A stretch of DNA of 34,853 nt from a virus: positions 1 through 34,853 of the IMG/VR virus record IMGVR_UViG_3300021184_000001. One strand, written 5' to 3'. Below the pieces are notes generated by a model. The model was not told the origin of the DNA, did no database searches, and saw only the letters and a list, made by a program, of their open reading frames with translations. Shown in pieces: positions 1 to 8,843 of the stretch (the first letter of the stretch is position 1; every line of letters starts with the position of its first letter). The position numbers were made by a program, and so were the translations under genes.

Positions 1-354
1 GTACCCTCCGGGTTCCAGGCGGCACCCGTCATCGTCCTCGGCGTAGCCGAACCCCGATACACCGGACCGCCCCACAACCGGCAGCTGGCCAATCCCCTGG
101 AGCCGGGCGAGCTCGCTGGGCTCCAGGCGCAGATCGAGCAGTGGGGCCACGAAGTCCACTCCACGTGGAACGGCGAAGGGGAGACCGGCAGCGTCGGCCT
201 CGCGACGCCCGCGCACCCGAGCCTGCTGGCGGCGCTGGATCGCGAGCGCAAGGGCTGCCCCAGCCACCCCCGCCAGATCCTCTGCGGCTGGGACGGCTGC
301 CCCTGGTACAGCACCAACATCGCGAAACTCCAGATCCCGACCGGGTGGCAGTGA
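1..354 (+). CDS. hypothetical protein, 5'-truncated by window edge
   Basis: Frame 1 is open from base 1 (VPSGFQAAPVIVLG...GCPSHPRQILCGWDGCPWY...PTGWQ*). Its TGA overlaps the next ATG (TGATG). Not in the ORF track. Confidence 0.65.
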   Translation, partial: VPSGFQAAPVIVLGVAEPRYTGPPHNRQLANPLEPGELAGLQAQIEQWGHEVHSTWNGEGETGSVGLATPAHPSLLAALDRERKGCPSHPRQILCGWDGCPWYSTNIAKLQIPTGWQ

Positions 355-560
355 TGGACTCGCGCCTCAAATCCTGGGTCGACGACGACGGCCAGCTGTG
401 GGTGCTCTGCGAGTGCTGCACCGAGAAGACCCGCGAAGAAGATCTGGCGGTCGACCCGACCGACGGGCTCCGATGGAACGTGTGTGCTCCGTGCAAGCAG
501 AAAGAAACTGAGCAGCTCAACATCAGCGACACCGGTCCCAACCAGAACGAAAAGGAATAG
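354..560 (+). CDS. small Cys-rich (Zn-ribbon-like) hypothetical protein
   Basis: MDSRLKSW...LCECC...VCAPC. Start is coupled to the upstream stop. Confidence 0.6.
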   Translation: MDSRLKSWVDDDGQLWVLCECCTEKTREEDLAVDPTDGLRWNVCAPCKQKETEQLNISDTGPNQNEKE

Positions 561-564
561 TGCT

Positions 565-993
565 GTGGAGTTTTTCTTTTATGAGGCCTGTTTCCCGGCT
601 GACTACAGCGGTAACGACGCCGTCGAGGAAGCCGCGATGGACTGGATCGGCAAACACAACGACCGGTCCCTGCTGGTGCTGAGCAAAGCTACACTGGTCG
701 TTCAGGGATTCCTGCAAAACGAGACCAGAGAAGGAGCTGTTCAGCAAGCTGCCTACGTTGCCTCCGACCTGTACTGGGCTATCAGTGAAGGGAATCGGGA
801 CGATCTCAAGATTACGGTGAGGAACGCTGCAGAGCAGCTGGCGTTCCTCAACGCCGGGCTCCTACCGGAATACCAGCTGCCCCACATCCCGCTCCAACAC
901 GTCATGGAGTTCGGCGCCGCCGCGCACATCCGGGCTGGCGAATCCACTGAAGCGCGGCTATACCGGACACAGCCCCACCCCGGCGACGAGTAG
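565..993 (+). CDS. hypothetical protein
   Basis: GTG after AAGGA RBS, in frame with ORF 484..993, globular composition. Confidence 0.6.
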   Translation: MEFFFYEACFPADYSGNDAVEEAAMDWIGKHNDRSLLVLSKATLVVQGFLQNETREGAVQQAAYVASDLYWAISEGNRDDLKITVRNAAEQLAFLNAGLLPEYQLPHIPLQHVMEFGAAAHIRAGESTEARLYRTQPHPGDE

Positions 994-996
994 CTG

Positions 997-1170
997 ATGG
1001 GCAATGACGTTCACGACTGGCGTGGATCTCCCGAAATGTGCCTCGCCGAGAACCTTTGCTTCGACGGAGAGAACGAAGTCGAAGTCCTCTGCGACGAAGA
1101 ACCCGATCACCCCGACGACCATATCGATAACGAGCGTGGGTTCTCGTGGCCCAAAGAAGAAACCACTTAG
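997..1170 (+). CDS. 57-aa acidic protein with C..C-x5-H-x3-H motif
   Basis: My translation: MGNDVHDWRGSPEMCLAENLCFDGENEVEVLCDEEPDHPDDHIDNERGFSWPKEETT*. Fills the gap, and is below the ORF-track cutoff. Confidence 0.55.
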   Translation: MGNDVHDWRGSPEMCLAENLCFDGENEVEVLCDEEPDHPDDHIDNERGFSWPKEETT

Positions 1171-1187
1171 TCGTTACTTGCGGGAAG
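1170..1187 (+). repeat. 18-bp direct repeat copy 1 (GTCGTTACTTGCGGGAAG)
   Basis: Exact match to 1578-1595. Confidence 0.85.
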
Positions 1188-1194
1188 TAGATCG

Positions 1195-1806
1195 ATGAAC
1201 GAGCACGAAGGACGTCTCACTACTGAGGAGCTGGCGTGGGCGCTCTGCAAGGGCGACCAGACCATCCGCAAGTGGGCACGCGAAGGCACTATCCCGTTCG
1301 TCAGGCAAGACGGGCAGTACTGGTTCGACCTCGACGCGGTCAACGAAGCCCTGGAAGTGACCACCCTTCCCCTCACCGGGACGAAGACCATGGACACTCA
1401 GCAGCTCGCCGCCGAGCTGAAACGCCAACCGTCGACCATCCAGCGGTGGGCACGCCAAGGGTATGTGCCCTCCACCCGGGAGGGCCGCAAGTACCGCTTC
1501 GATCCCGCCGCAGTGCGAGCAGCTCTCGTAGCCAAGCCGTGGCTCATGCGGGGCAGGAGCGACATAGGGCACCGCACGTCGTTACTTGCGGGAAGAATTA
1601 TTCTACCAAGCTATTCCCGGAGCTCTTGGTATCGACGTCGCCGGTACTCCAGCGCACATATTTTACACCTTGTAGTCGGTCCACAACCAGCAGTCGCCGT
1701 CGGCATCGACGTCGGACCAGAAGCGGTCCCAGGTGCTCATCGGCTCCCGCAGGAGCGGCAACGTACCGTCATCTTTTGCGTCGTTCGGCCAATCCCGGGA
1801 CGGTGA
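1195..1806 (+). CDS. tandem helix-turn-helix (HTH_17/excisionase, MerR-like) DNA-binding protein
   Basis: Two homologous units, LTTEELAWALCKGDQTIRKWAREGTIP..RQDGQYWFD and MDTQQLAAELKRQPSTIQRWARQGYVP..REGRKYRFD. The tail after ~aa 125 looks like read-through. Confidence 0.8.
   Translation: MNEHEGRLTTEELAWALCKGDQTIRKWAREGTIPFVRQDGQYWFDLDAVNEALEVTTLPLTGTKTMDTQQLAAELKRQPSTIQRWARQGYVPSTREGRKYRFDPAAVRAALVAKPWLMRGRSDIGHRTSLLAGRIILPSYSRSSWYRRRRYSSAHILHLVVGPQPAVAVGIDVGPEAVPGAHRLPQERQRTVIFCVVRPIPGR
1578..1595 (+). repeat. 18-bp direct repeat copy 2
   Basis: Exact match to 1170-1187. Confidence 0.85.
1611..1740 (-). pseudogene. internally deleted HNH homing-endonuclease remnant
   Basis: MSTWDRFWSDVDADGDCWLWT (typical actinophage HNH N-terminus) is joined out of frame to RCKICALEYRRRRYQELRE* (typical C-terminal RCxxC tail). 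The HNH core is absent. Confidence 0.65.
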
Positions 1807-1971
1807 CCGCCGTCGCCGGGCTCGCTCATCCTATGAGCCACAGTCACATTCAGAATTGCGGGGAGCATCCTTCTGATAAGTTGCCTTGCGCCCCCCAATG
1901 TTGAGCCCACCCGACTCAACTTCACAGCGAATCCCCCGATGGGATGCTCAGACATATTCAGGAGGTAACCA

Positions 1972-2307
1972 GTGATCTTCGATAACCTTGTGCGCGAGGC
2001 CTTCCCGCACTGCAAGGACGACCAGTCTGCGTCGTACAACCGTGGGTGGGAGGTCGGTATGAACGCCGCCTTCGACCCTTCGACGGGCCGATTCGACGAC
2101 GAGGCACTCGCCGGGGCGCAGTACCAGGTGTCCGAGCATGCGGCCCTGCTGGAGCGCCTGGAGGCCGAAGACCGGAAGTACTACAGCGACAGCACCGAGT
2201 TGACCTTGGACTTCGCCAGCCATCTGGCGGACTACGACTACTGGCGCGGACTGGTCGACGGCTATCTTGACGACCGTCACTATTGGGAGATGCACCGGCC
2301 GAAATGA
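1972..2307 (+). CDS. hypothetical protein
   Basis: AGGAGG RBS before GTG, acidic/aromatic globular sequence. Confidence 0.7.
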   Translation: MIFDNLVREAFPHCKDDQSASYNRGWEVGMNAAFDPSTGRFDDEALAGAQYQVSEHAALLERLEAEDRKYYSDSTELTLDFASHLADYDYWRGLVDGYLDDRHYWEMHRPK

Positions 2308-2369
2308 GCAGTTACGTTGTGCCCCAACCAAGTTGAGCCGACCAGGCTCATGATCACAGAAAGAACAGC

Positions 2370-2867
2370 ATGGGTTACACCACCACGTTTGAAGGACAGA
2401 TCACTGTCCATCCGCCGCTGAACCCGACCGAGATTGCCTACCTGCAGAAATTCGCAGAGACGCGGCGTATGCATCGTGAGCGCGGCCCCTATTACGTGGG
2501 GGCGGGCGGCGTTGCCGGTCAGGCGAGAGAAGCCGACATCATCAACTACAACCAACCAGACCCGGGCCAGCCGGGCCTGTGGTGCCAGTGGGTGCCCACC
2601 GAAGACGGTACGGCGCTGGAGTGGGACGGCGGTGAGAAGTTCTACAACAGCGAGGAGTGGCTGCGGTACGTCATCGCGCATTTCCTCACCGGGAACGCGG
2701 GCGACTTCCGCGAACAAAACGAATCGGAGGGTTTCACCTTCGACCACCGCGCCGATGGCGAGATCGCCGCCCAGGGCGAAGACATCGAGGACCGGTGGTG
2801 GCTGAAGGTGGAGGGCAATCTGGTTTCCCGAATCGACTTGCCGACCGATCAGAAAGTAATGAAATGA
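2370..2867 (+). CDS. conserved phage/plasmid-type hypothetical protein
   Basis: MGYTT.F.G, QPGLWCQW, WDGGEKFY, QGED motifs recalled from a widespread uncharacterised family. Confidence 0.75.
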   Translation: MGYTTTFEGQITVHPPLNPTEIAYLQKFAETRRMHRERGPYYVGAGGVAGQAREADIINYNQPDPGQPGLWCQWVPTEDGTALEWDGGEKFYNSEEWLRYVIAHFLTGNAGDFREQNESEGFTFDHRADGEIAAQGEDIEDRWWLKVEGNLVSRIDLPTDQKVMK

Positions 2868-3223
2868 CCGCATCATATGAACGGCCTCCATTCCGGCTCA
2901 CACCGAACATGCTGAACGTGCTGTGGCAGCTGGTGCATTGCCCCAACGACGACACCACCGTTGCCGACCTGGCCGATCGCGCCTACATGAAGACGTCCGT
3001 GGCGCGCGCCGCCATGGACCGGCTGCGGGGTCACGCGTGGCTGGTGTGCACCGGGTATGTTGGCGGTCACCTGCGCAACCAGATGACCTGGAAGCTGACC
3101 CCCAAGTCCGCTGAGCAAGCGGGGCTCATCATCGACGCCTACCAGGCGTCGCACTTCGACATGCTGGGCGTGAGCTACCGCTCCCCCACGGAAGCAGAAA
3201 GTAGCGAAAATGAATCTCTCTGA
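2864..3223 (+). CDS. winged-helix DNA-binding protein
   Basis: ATGA coupling. VLWQLV...TTVADLADRAYMKTSVARAAMDRLRGHAWL...WKLTP wHTH pattern. Confidence 0.65.
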   Translation: MTASYERPPFRLTPNMLNVLWQLVHCPNDDTTVADLADRAYMKTSVARAAMDRLRGHAWLVCTGYVGGHLRNQMTWKLTPKSAEQAGLIIDAYQASHFDMLGVSYRSPTEAESSENESL

Positions 3224-3536
3224 AATGATCCTCAAGGCGCTCGCTGAGGACCACGGCTTCGACGTCCACGCCTACGCGGGCGAGATGATCGTGGACCTCA
3301 TCATCGACGAAGACGAGCTCCAGATCTCCGGCCCCACCGAGAACACGGTCGAGTTCTTGCTGCTCCTCGGTTACATCCTGGGTGCCGCCGACAGCACCGA
3401 CCCCGAGGGCCCGTACCTGGGTGAGCTGAAGACGGTGGCCGCGAACGCTCGCCTGGTAACGACGGCGAAGCACACCGGTCAGCTAACGATCGCTGAGGAG
3501 TTGTCGCTGACGTTGCCTTCCATCAAGCAGCCCTGA
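3210..3536 (+). CDS. hypothetical protein
   Basis: Overlapping start in a coupled array, GC3-rich codons. Confidence 0.65.
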   Translation: MNLSEMILKALAEDHGFDVHAYAGEMIVDLIIDEDELQISGPTENTVEFLLLLGYILGAADSTDPEGPYLGELKTVAANARLVTTAKHTGQLTIAEELSLTLPSIKQP

Positions 3537-3543
3537 GGGGAAG

Positions 3544-4266
3544 ATGATGAATCCGTTTCTGCTGTCGGAACCGGTATGGGATGAGGAATGGGCCGGACAC
3601 GTACTCGCCGAGGACGCGACGCACCGCTGGATTCTCCTGTCGTTCGGCTACAACCTGCGGCTCATCACTGTGGCGCACGGGGACAGGAGTGGATGGGATT
3701 ACGGCTGGTGCTACCCGTGCGATGAGGAAGCGGTGCGGGCAGCACTTGAGGACTACGACCCGGACACCCAGGACGAGCCCATGGGCTGGCACAAGCGGCC
3801 CGGTGCCGCCGTGCGCCGAGCACCGCGCCGGGAGGAACGCCCGGAGTACAACCGGCCGCGCTGCCAGCACGGAGCGTATCTCGCCGAGGTGTGCCGAGAC
3901 AGGTTCTGTCCAGACTTCTTACAGAAAAGGACCCTATGGATCACTCTCACGGCCTCGACACCGCTCCCCCTTCATCTCCTGTCCCGTGGGCACCGGACGC
4001 CGACGCGACGGCGACCACCCGCCTCTACGCCTTCTGCCGAGACAAGTGCGAGGAGTGCATCACGGCGCTCATCCATGAGGTTTCGCAATCATCGGATACG
4101 ACGGCAGTGCTCATGGGCACTGCAATGGCGATTGCCAAGAAGGTCCCCCCAGCGTTTGCTGTGGTCATGCAGCACACGATCGAGTATGGGCCGTCAGTCG
4201 CTCTTGCGATCGACCGGATGGCCGCTGCTGGCGGCATCCCCAGTGGCGAGGACCTGCTCGGTCTGA
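3544..4266 (+). CDS. hypothetical protein (first ~130 aa credible; tail overlaps next gene)
   Basis: GAGGGG RBS. GWCYP, EPMGWHKRP and CxH..CxxxxC motifs. Confidence 0.55.
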   Translation: MMNPFLLSEPVWDEEWAGHVLAEDATHRWILLSFGYNLRLITVAHGDRSGWDYGWCYPCDEEAVRAALEDYDPDTQDEPMGWHKRPGAAVRRAPRREERPEYNRPRCQHGAYLAEVCRDRFCPDFLQKRTLWITLTASTPLPLHLLSRGHRTPTRRRPPASTPSAETSARSASRRSSMRFRNHRIRRQCSWALQWRLPRRSPQRLLWSCSTRSSMGRQSLLRSTGWPLLAASPVARTCSV

Positions 4267-4349
4267 TGCGTGAGATGGACGCCGCTGACCGGGCCTCGGT
4301 CTGCGAGGCCAGCGCGAAGTGGATGCACCTGTACATTTCTACGCTATGA
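3936..4349 (+). CDS. hypothetical helical protein
   Basis: AAAGGA RBS before ATG 3936. Stop is coupled to the next ATG. Confidence 0.6.
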   Translation: MDHSHGLDTAPPSSPVPWAPDADATATTRLYAFCRDKCEECITALIHEVSQSSDTTAVLMGTAMAIAKKVPPAFAVVMQHTIEYGPSVALAIDRMAAAGGIPSGEDLLGLMREMDAADRASVCEASAKWMHLYISTL

Positions 4350-4732
4350 GCGGACCGCGAGCCCAGGAGATTCGCTGGGACGAGTGGAAGCCTGCGTTGC
4401 CGGTGTTCCACATCGATCCTGCTTGCCAGACGTGCGAGTTTCCTGGGCCGCTGCTGCTGCGGTACGGGAAGACGCTGCAGCCGGGCGCGCGCGTCCGGAA
4501 GTTGACGGTGCGCTCGAAAATGGCCGAGGGTATCCGGCCGCAGGCGGCGACCACTTGGGTTCCGGGCTGGTGGGCCTTGACGCACATCGCGTTCCTGTGC
4601 CCCCGCTGCGACGAGGAACTCGTCTACGGCTACTCCGCTTCGGAGCCCGGAAAGCTGGTGGAGATGCCGGAGCTGGGGAGCCCTGCGCGATTCACGCAGC
4701 AAGTCCTCCCATTCCCGTGTCCCGATGAATGA
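4346..4732 (+). CDS. Zn-ribbon-like protein, paralog of 15399..15806
   Basis: HIDPACQTCEFPGPLL...THIAFLCPRCDEELVY. Confidence 0.7.
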   Translation: MSGPRAQEIRWDEWKPALPVFHIDPACQTCEFPGPLLLRYGKTLQPGARVRKLTVRSKMAEGIRPQAATTWVPGWWALTHIAFLCPRCDEELVYGYSASEPGKLVEMPELGSPARFTQQVLPFPCPDE

Positions 4733-4842
4733 ACATCGGCTTCCGATCCAAAAGCATGAATGGCCCCGTGATCCCCTCATTGATGTGTGGCTGCTGTTTG
4801 GCCAGATTGATGAGGTAGAAATTCCGGTGCGATTTACAGATG

Positions 4843-4871
4843 TTTACCTGGCTGTCCGCACTGGATAAGGT
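4843..4871 (+). promoter_or_regulatory. possible sigma70-type promoter for HU
   Basis: TTTACC-17nt-TAAGGT in an AT-richer intergenic region. Confidence 0.3.
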
Positions 4872-4937
4872 GCGGGCTGGTCTGATCCTGGCCGAATGGC
4901 CGCAACTGAAAGAACGAACGAAAAGCGAAAGGACATC

Positions 4938-5267
4938 ATGAAGCAATCTCCTGTGAACAAGAAGGAACTGACGCAGCGCGTCGCCGCCCGCGCCGGAGTG
5001 GGGGAACGTGAGGCCCACAAGGTCATCAATGCCTTCATCGAGGAGGTCCAGTCGGCGGTGATGGGCGGCGAGAGGGTCGCCCTCACGGACTTCGGGGTCT
5101 TCGAAGGCCGGATGCGCGCGGCCCGCGCGGCCCGCAACCCGCGCACCGGGGAGGCCCAGACCGTTCCCGCGCGGACGGTCCCGGTGTTCCGCGTGGCGAT
5201 GAAGTTCCGCGACCGCGTGATCGGCGCCAACGTCACCGAGGACGCCCCGGTTGTAGCCGAGGACTGA
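4938..5267 (+). CDS. hup: HU family DNA-binding protein
   Basis: VNKKELTQRVA...GERVALTDFGVFE..RAARAARNPRTGE..VPARTVPVFR, the HU/IHF signature. AAAGGA RBS. Confidence 0.95.
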   Translation: MKQSPVNKKELTQRVAARAGVGEREAHKVINAFIEEVQSAVMGGERVALTDFGVFEGRMRAARAARNPRTGEAQTVPARTVPVFRVAMKFRDRVIGANVTEDAPVVAED

Positions 5268-5339
5268 TGATGAGGCGGGGAGGTGCGCCCGTGCGGGTGC
5301 ACCTCCCCGCTGCCATCCCTCCTACATCCCCTAGGGAGA

Positions 5340-5483
5340 ATGAAGCTCATGTACGACACTTCGAATCTTCTTCTGTTCGCGTCGGCGCTGGCCGTCGGCA
5401 TCCTCATCGGCATGGCCATCGGCGCCCTGCGTCGCCGGGCCGCTCCTTATGTGAAGGAAGACCCCTATGACCGCTCCCTCTGA
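5340..5483 (+). CDS. small single-TM protein
   Basis: GGAG RBS. Hydrophobic LLLFASALAVGILIGMAIGAL followed by RRR. Confidence 0.55.
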   Translation: MKLMYDTSNLLLFASALAVGILIGMAIGALRRRAAPYVKEDPYDRSL

Positions 5484-5730
5484 CAGCGGCGAGCAGCCGG
5501 ACGAGCCCGTGGTGGACTATCCGGGCTTTCTCAGCTGCAACACCTGCAACTGCGTGCCGCGCGTGGCTGGTCCCAGCGATCACCAGGAGTGGGTTGACGC
5601 GCACGGCCGCGACCATCGCCAGCGCGGGGAGGAGTTCTCCTACAGTGTGGTCGGTCCGTTGAAGGCAGCGAAGCTCGAAGACATCGGCGGCGGCTTCCGG
5701 CGTGTCGTCCGCGAGGAGGACGGGGAATGA
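5467..5730 (+). CDS. small Zn-finger-like protein
   Basis: CNTC...WVDAHGRDH. AAGGA RBS. Confidence 0.6.
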   Translation: MTAPSDSGEQPDEPVVDYPGFLSCNTCNCVPRVAGPSDHQEWVDAHGRDHRQRGEEFSYSVVGPLKAAKLEDIGGGFRRVVREEDGE

Positions 5731-6029
5731 GACTTCCCGAGCACGGTCACCGGCCTGCGGAACAGCGGTCGCTGCTGCGTCGCGTCGAGGAGGCCATGGA
5801 GGAGCAGGAGACTCCTCCGGTGGTCGATGATGCTGCTGCGGTGCAGGAGGTCGTCGACTGGCTCCTGGCGTCCTCGAAGTCGCAGGAAGCTCAGCTCTTG
5901 TACCTGATGCTGAGCAGCTGCCATCCGCCCGCAGGTCCCCGGGTGGACCCCGTCGACTACCCCTTCGGTGCGCCGCTGGTGCGCCTCTATCCCGACGGCC
6001 GCGTCGAGCGGCTCACAGAAATCGAGTGA
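5727..6029 (+). CDS. hypothetical protein
   Basis: ATGA and GTGA coupling at both ends. Confidence 0.6.
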   Translation: MRLPEHGHRPAEQRSLLRRVEEAMEEQETPPVVDDAAAVQEVVDWLLASSKSQEAQLLYLMLSSCHPPAGPRVDPVDYPFGAPLVRLYPDGRVERLTEIE

Positions 6030-6604
6030 TCATGGAACCCCTGAGTCCGAACGTCGGCGTCCTCCCCATCGGGCCCGGCGTGCTCTATCCCGATCTGTTG
6101 CCCAGCAACGTGTGGGGTTCGAACCTGCGTGGCATCTTGTCCCGGAATGAATGGGACGGGCTGCGGATGCCGGTGGTGCAGGCGGCCGAGATGCGCTGCG
6201 AGGTCTGCAGGCAGCCGAGCCGCAATGGCCAGACCGGAGCCCGGCGCACTCCGGACTGCCATGAGCTGTGGCATTTCGATACTCTCGGCAACCGCCATGT
6301 GCAGCGGCTCCTCAGGTTGATCGCGTTGTGCGTGGAATGCCACCAGGTGCAGCACATCGGCCTCGCCGAGCTGAAGAACCAGATGTGGCAGGTGCGGGCG
6401 CAGTTGAAAGCGGTCAACTCGTGGACCGATGGTGAGGTCGACGCCGCTCTGCGCAACGCGGACGACCGATTCAGATGGCGGGGCCAGTTCGAGTGGGACC
6501 TGGACCTTTCGGTGCTGCAGGGGCAGCTGCAGATTTTCGGGCACCCGAGCCTGTACATCCCGGCGGCCGACCGTGAGTCGTTGGGCAATTCGTTCCGACC
6601 GTAG
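6026..6604 (+). CDS. HNH-like Zn-binding endonuclease family protein
   Basis: NLR..L...W...R......RCEVC...CHELW.F....QRL.RLIALCVECHQVQHIG. Confidence 0.75.
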   Translation: MIMEPLSPNVGVLPIGPGVLYPDLLPSNVWGSNLRGILSRNEWDGLRMPVVQAAEMRCEVCRQPSRNGQTGARRTPDCHELWHFDTLGNRHVQRLLRLIALCVECHQVQHIGLAELKNQMWQVRAQLKAVNSWTDGEVDAALRNADDRFRWRGQFEWDLDLSVLQGQLQIFGHPSLYIPAADRESLGNSFRP

Positions 6605-6616
6605 GAAGCAGCTGTC

Positions 6617-7060
6617 ATGAAGAACTATTCCGATGAGGACATGGCGCAATTGCGCAACGTGGCCAGGGCGCTGGGCCGCGATCCCGATGCCTATAGCGAC
6701 GTCGAGCTGGGCGTCGTAGTGGACGTGTTGATCGCCACCCACCTGAGCGCTATGTTCATCCATACCGCCAAGAACGGGAAGCTGGTTCCCAACGACGCGG
6801 GGCTGGCCGCGTACGCTGAGGCGGCGAAATGGCGTTTCGCTGAGGGGGCGGTCAACGAGGACGTCTCGTTCGAGTTGGTCCCCAACTTCCTGCGGGAGGC
6901 GAAGCTTTATCTCGCCCTCGTCGTGGCCGAGGACGAGGGGCTGCGGCTGATGTTGAGCGCGGCACTGCTGTGGAACCAGGCCTCGGACGCCACCCACGTC
7001 GAAGCGGTCACGCTGCTGCTGGAGCGGGCGCGGGCGTTGGTGGAGGCCAAGCGGCGGTAG
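6617..7060 (+). CDS. hypothetical helical protein
   Basis: AGGA RBS. Followed by a terminator-like hairpin. Confidence 0.65.
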   Translation: MKNYSDEDMAQLRNVARALGRDPDAYSDVELGVVVDVLIATHLSAMFIHTAKNGKLVPNDAGLAAYAEAAKWRFAEGAVNEDVSFELVPNFLREAKLYLALVVAEDEGLRLMLSAALLWNQASDATHVEAVTLLLERARALVEAKRR

Positions 7061-7082
7061 ACCCGAGACCGGCATCTCGTGC

Positions 7083-7110
7083 GCAGGGCCCCCGCTGGCG
7101 GGGGCCCTGC
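7083..7110 (+). terminator. GC-rich hairpin, putative terminator
   Basis: GCAGGGCCCCCGC-TG-GCGGGGGCCCTGC perfect inverted repeat after a stop codon. Confidence 0.7.
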
Positions 7111-7156
7111 ATTACGTTGGGGCGCTGATGCCCGAAACGAAACCGAAGGGACGACT

Positions 7157-7972
7157 ATGGCTACAACGCACACGGAGCACGGGGATGCGAGCATCGCCCG
7201 AGCGGGCCAGATCCTGCTCACCGAGGTGGGGTCGGGGTTGCACGGCATTGCGATTGCGGGCACCGACGACCACGACGAGATGGGGGTGTTCATCGAACCT
7301 GCTGGCTGTGTGATCGGTCTGGCGAAACCGATGGACACCTATACGTACCGGACGCAGGCTGAGGGCCGTCGCTCACGGCCGGGTGATACCGATCGGGTGA
7401 TGTATGCGCTGCGGAAGTATCTGCGGCTGGCGACCGACGGGAACCCCACGGTGCTGGCGATGCTGTTCGCGCCGGAGCAGTCGGTGTACGCCACGAGTGA
7501 GCTGGGCGAGGAGCTGCGGGCGCTGGCGCCCGTGTTCTTGTCGTTGAAGGTCGTGTACCGATCGGCGCATTACCTCGACAGTCAGGTGCAGAAGCTGCTG
7601 GGGAAGGGGCGCCGGGGCTCGATGCCGAAGCGTCCGGAGCTGGTGGAGAAGTACGGGTACGACACGAAGTTCGCCTCGCATGCGCTGCGGCTGGGGTATC
7701 AGGGCCTGGAAATCGCTGAGCACGGGCGCCTCACGCTGCCGATGCCGGAGCCGGAACGGAAGTGCGTACTGCGGGTTAAATCGGGTGGGGTGCCGGATCT
7801 GGAGCAGGTGCTGTGGGATATTCGGTCGCTGCGGGCGCGGATGATGCAGGCGGTGGAGACGGGCCGGACGCCGTTGGCTCCGGCGCCGGACTGGGAGCGG
7901 CTGTCGGCGTGGTCGGTGAGCGCGCACCAGCGGCACTGGCAGGCGATTGAGGGGGCCTCGGATGTCGACTAG
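7157..7972 (+). CDS. DNA polymerase beta superfamily nucleotidyltransferase (RlaP/YcgL-like)
   Basis: VGSGLHG....DDHDEMGVF catalytic motif, GNPTVL, RPELVEKYGYDTKFASHALRL. Confidence 0.9.
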   Translation: MATTHTEHGDASIARAGQILLTEVGSGLHGIAIAGTDDHDEMGVFIEPAGCVIGLAKPMDTYTYRTQAEGRRSRPGDTDRVMYALRKYLRLATDGNPTVLAMLFAPEQSVYATSELGEELRALAPVFLSLKVVYRSAHYLDSQVQKLLGKGRRGSMPKRPELVEKYGYDTKFASHALRLGYQGLEIAEHGRLTLPMPEPERKCVLRVKSGGVPDLEQVLWDIRSLRARMMQAVETGRTPLAPAPDWERLSAWSVSAHQRHWQAIEGASDVD

Positions 7973-8123
7973 TGTGATCTTCGGCCTGGTGGTGGGCCTG
8001 TATGTCGGCGCGTTCTTCATGAAGGCCGCGATGGTGCAGCTGCGGGCGCGGGTGGCGAGGATCGAGCGGGAGCTGCATCCGGAGCCTGAGCGTGACGCGG
8101 ACGAGGACTCCCTCTACGAATGA
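7962..8123 (+). CDS. 53-aa single-TM protein
   Basis: My translation: MSTSVIFGLVVGLYVGAFFMKAAMVQLRARVARIERELHPEPERDADEDSLYE*. GAGGGG RBS. Confidence 0.55.
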   Translation: MSTSVIFGLVVGLYVGAFFMKAAMVQLRARVARIERELHPEPERDADEDSLYE

Positions 8124-8211
8124 CGAACCGGATGTTTCGCTCATCCAGTCTCATATCACCCATAAGTGGGATACTGGTGTGGTCACCGAAACCTCACCGA
8201 GGAGTGATCAC

Positions 8212-8733
8212 ATGGTCGAATGGACCGGCAACGCCAAGCTGATGCTGCTGCAGGGCGGCGACGTCGACGACACGGGCAGCGCCCGCTACTGCGAAGGCAG
8301 TGTCGTCCTCGCCTCACGGTTCGTGAACGCGACCGTCACCGACTACCCGATGTCCACGGAGATGCAGCGCCGCATCGTCTTCGACACCACCGACCTGGCC
8401 AGCCTCGACATGGCCTTCGTCGCCCCCGGCGACCTGGGACATGTCAGCGCCGCTGTCATCAAGCTGTGCACCATGGAGCAGCCGGTACCCGAGGAGCCCG
8501 AGGTACCCGAGCCGGAGGCCTCGGTCGAATTCGTGGACGCCGAACACGATGCCCCGTCGCGGCTGATCATCGGCCACGTCCACGACGTCGAGTTCACGCA
8601 CCAGCATCCGGACGAGAACGGCGTCGGCGAGCACCGCATCACCGTGGAGCTTGCGGTCGCCGAGGCCCACAACGACGTCAAGACGCCCTGGGGCACGCAG
8701 AAGGCCGGAACGTACACGGCGCTGCACCACTAG
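8212..8733 (+). CDS. hypothetical protein
   Basis: GAGGAG RBS before MVEWTGN. Terminator-like hairpin follows. Confidence 0.65.
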   Translation: MVEWTGNAKLMLLQGGDVDDTGSARYCEGSVVLASRFVNATVTDYPMSTEMQRRIVFDTTDLASLDMAFVAPGDLGHVSAAVIKLCTMEQPVPEEPEVPEPEASVEFVDAEHDAPSRLIIGHVHDVEFTHQHPDENGVGEHRITVELAVAEAHNDVKTPWGTQKAGTYTALHH

Positions 8734-8750
8734 GCACACCGCTACATCGC

Positions 8751-8785
8751 CGGGCGGGCTCTCCCACGACGGGAGGGCCCGCCCG
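8751..8785 (+). terminator. hairpin, putative terminator
   Basis: CGGGCGGGCTCTCCC / GGGAGGGCCCGCCCG, 15-bp stem with one G-U pair. Confidence 0.7.
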
Positions 8786-8843
8786 TGCCGTTCGTCTTCG
8801 ATAGCCTGAACGATCACCCTCTCACGGAAAGGACCGCACCCCG

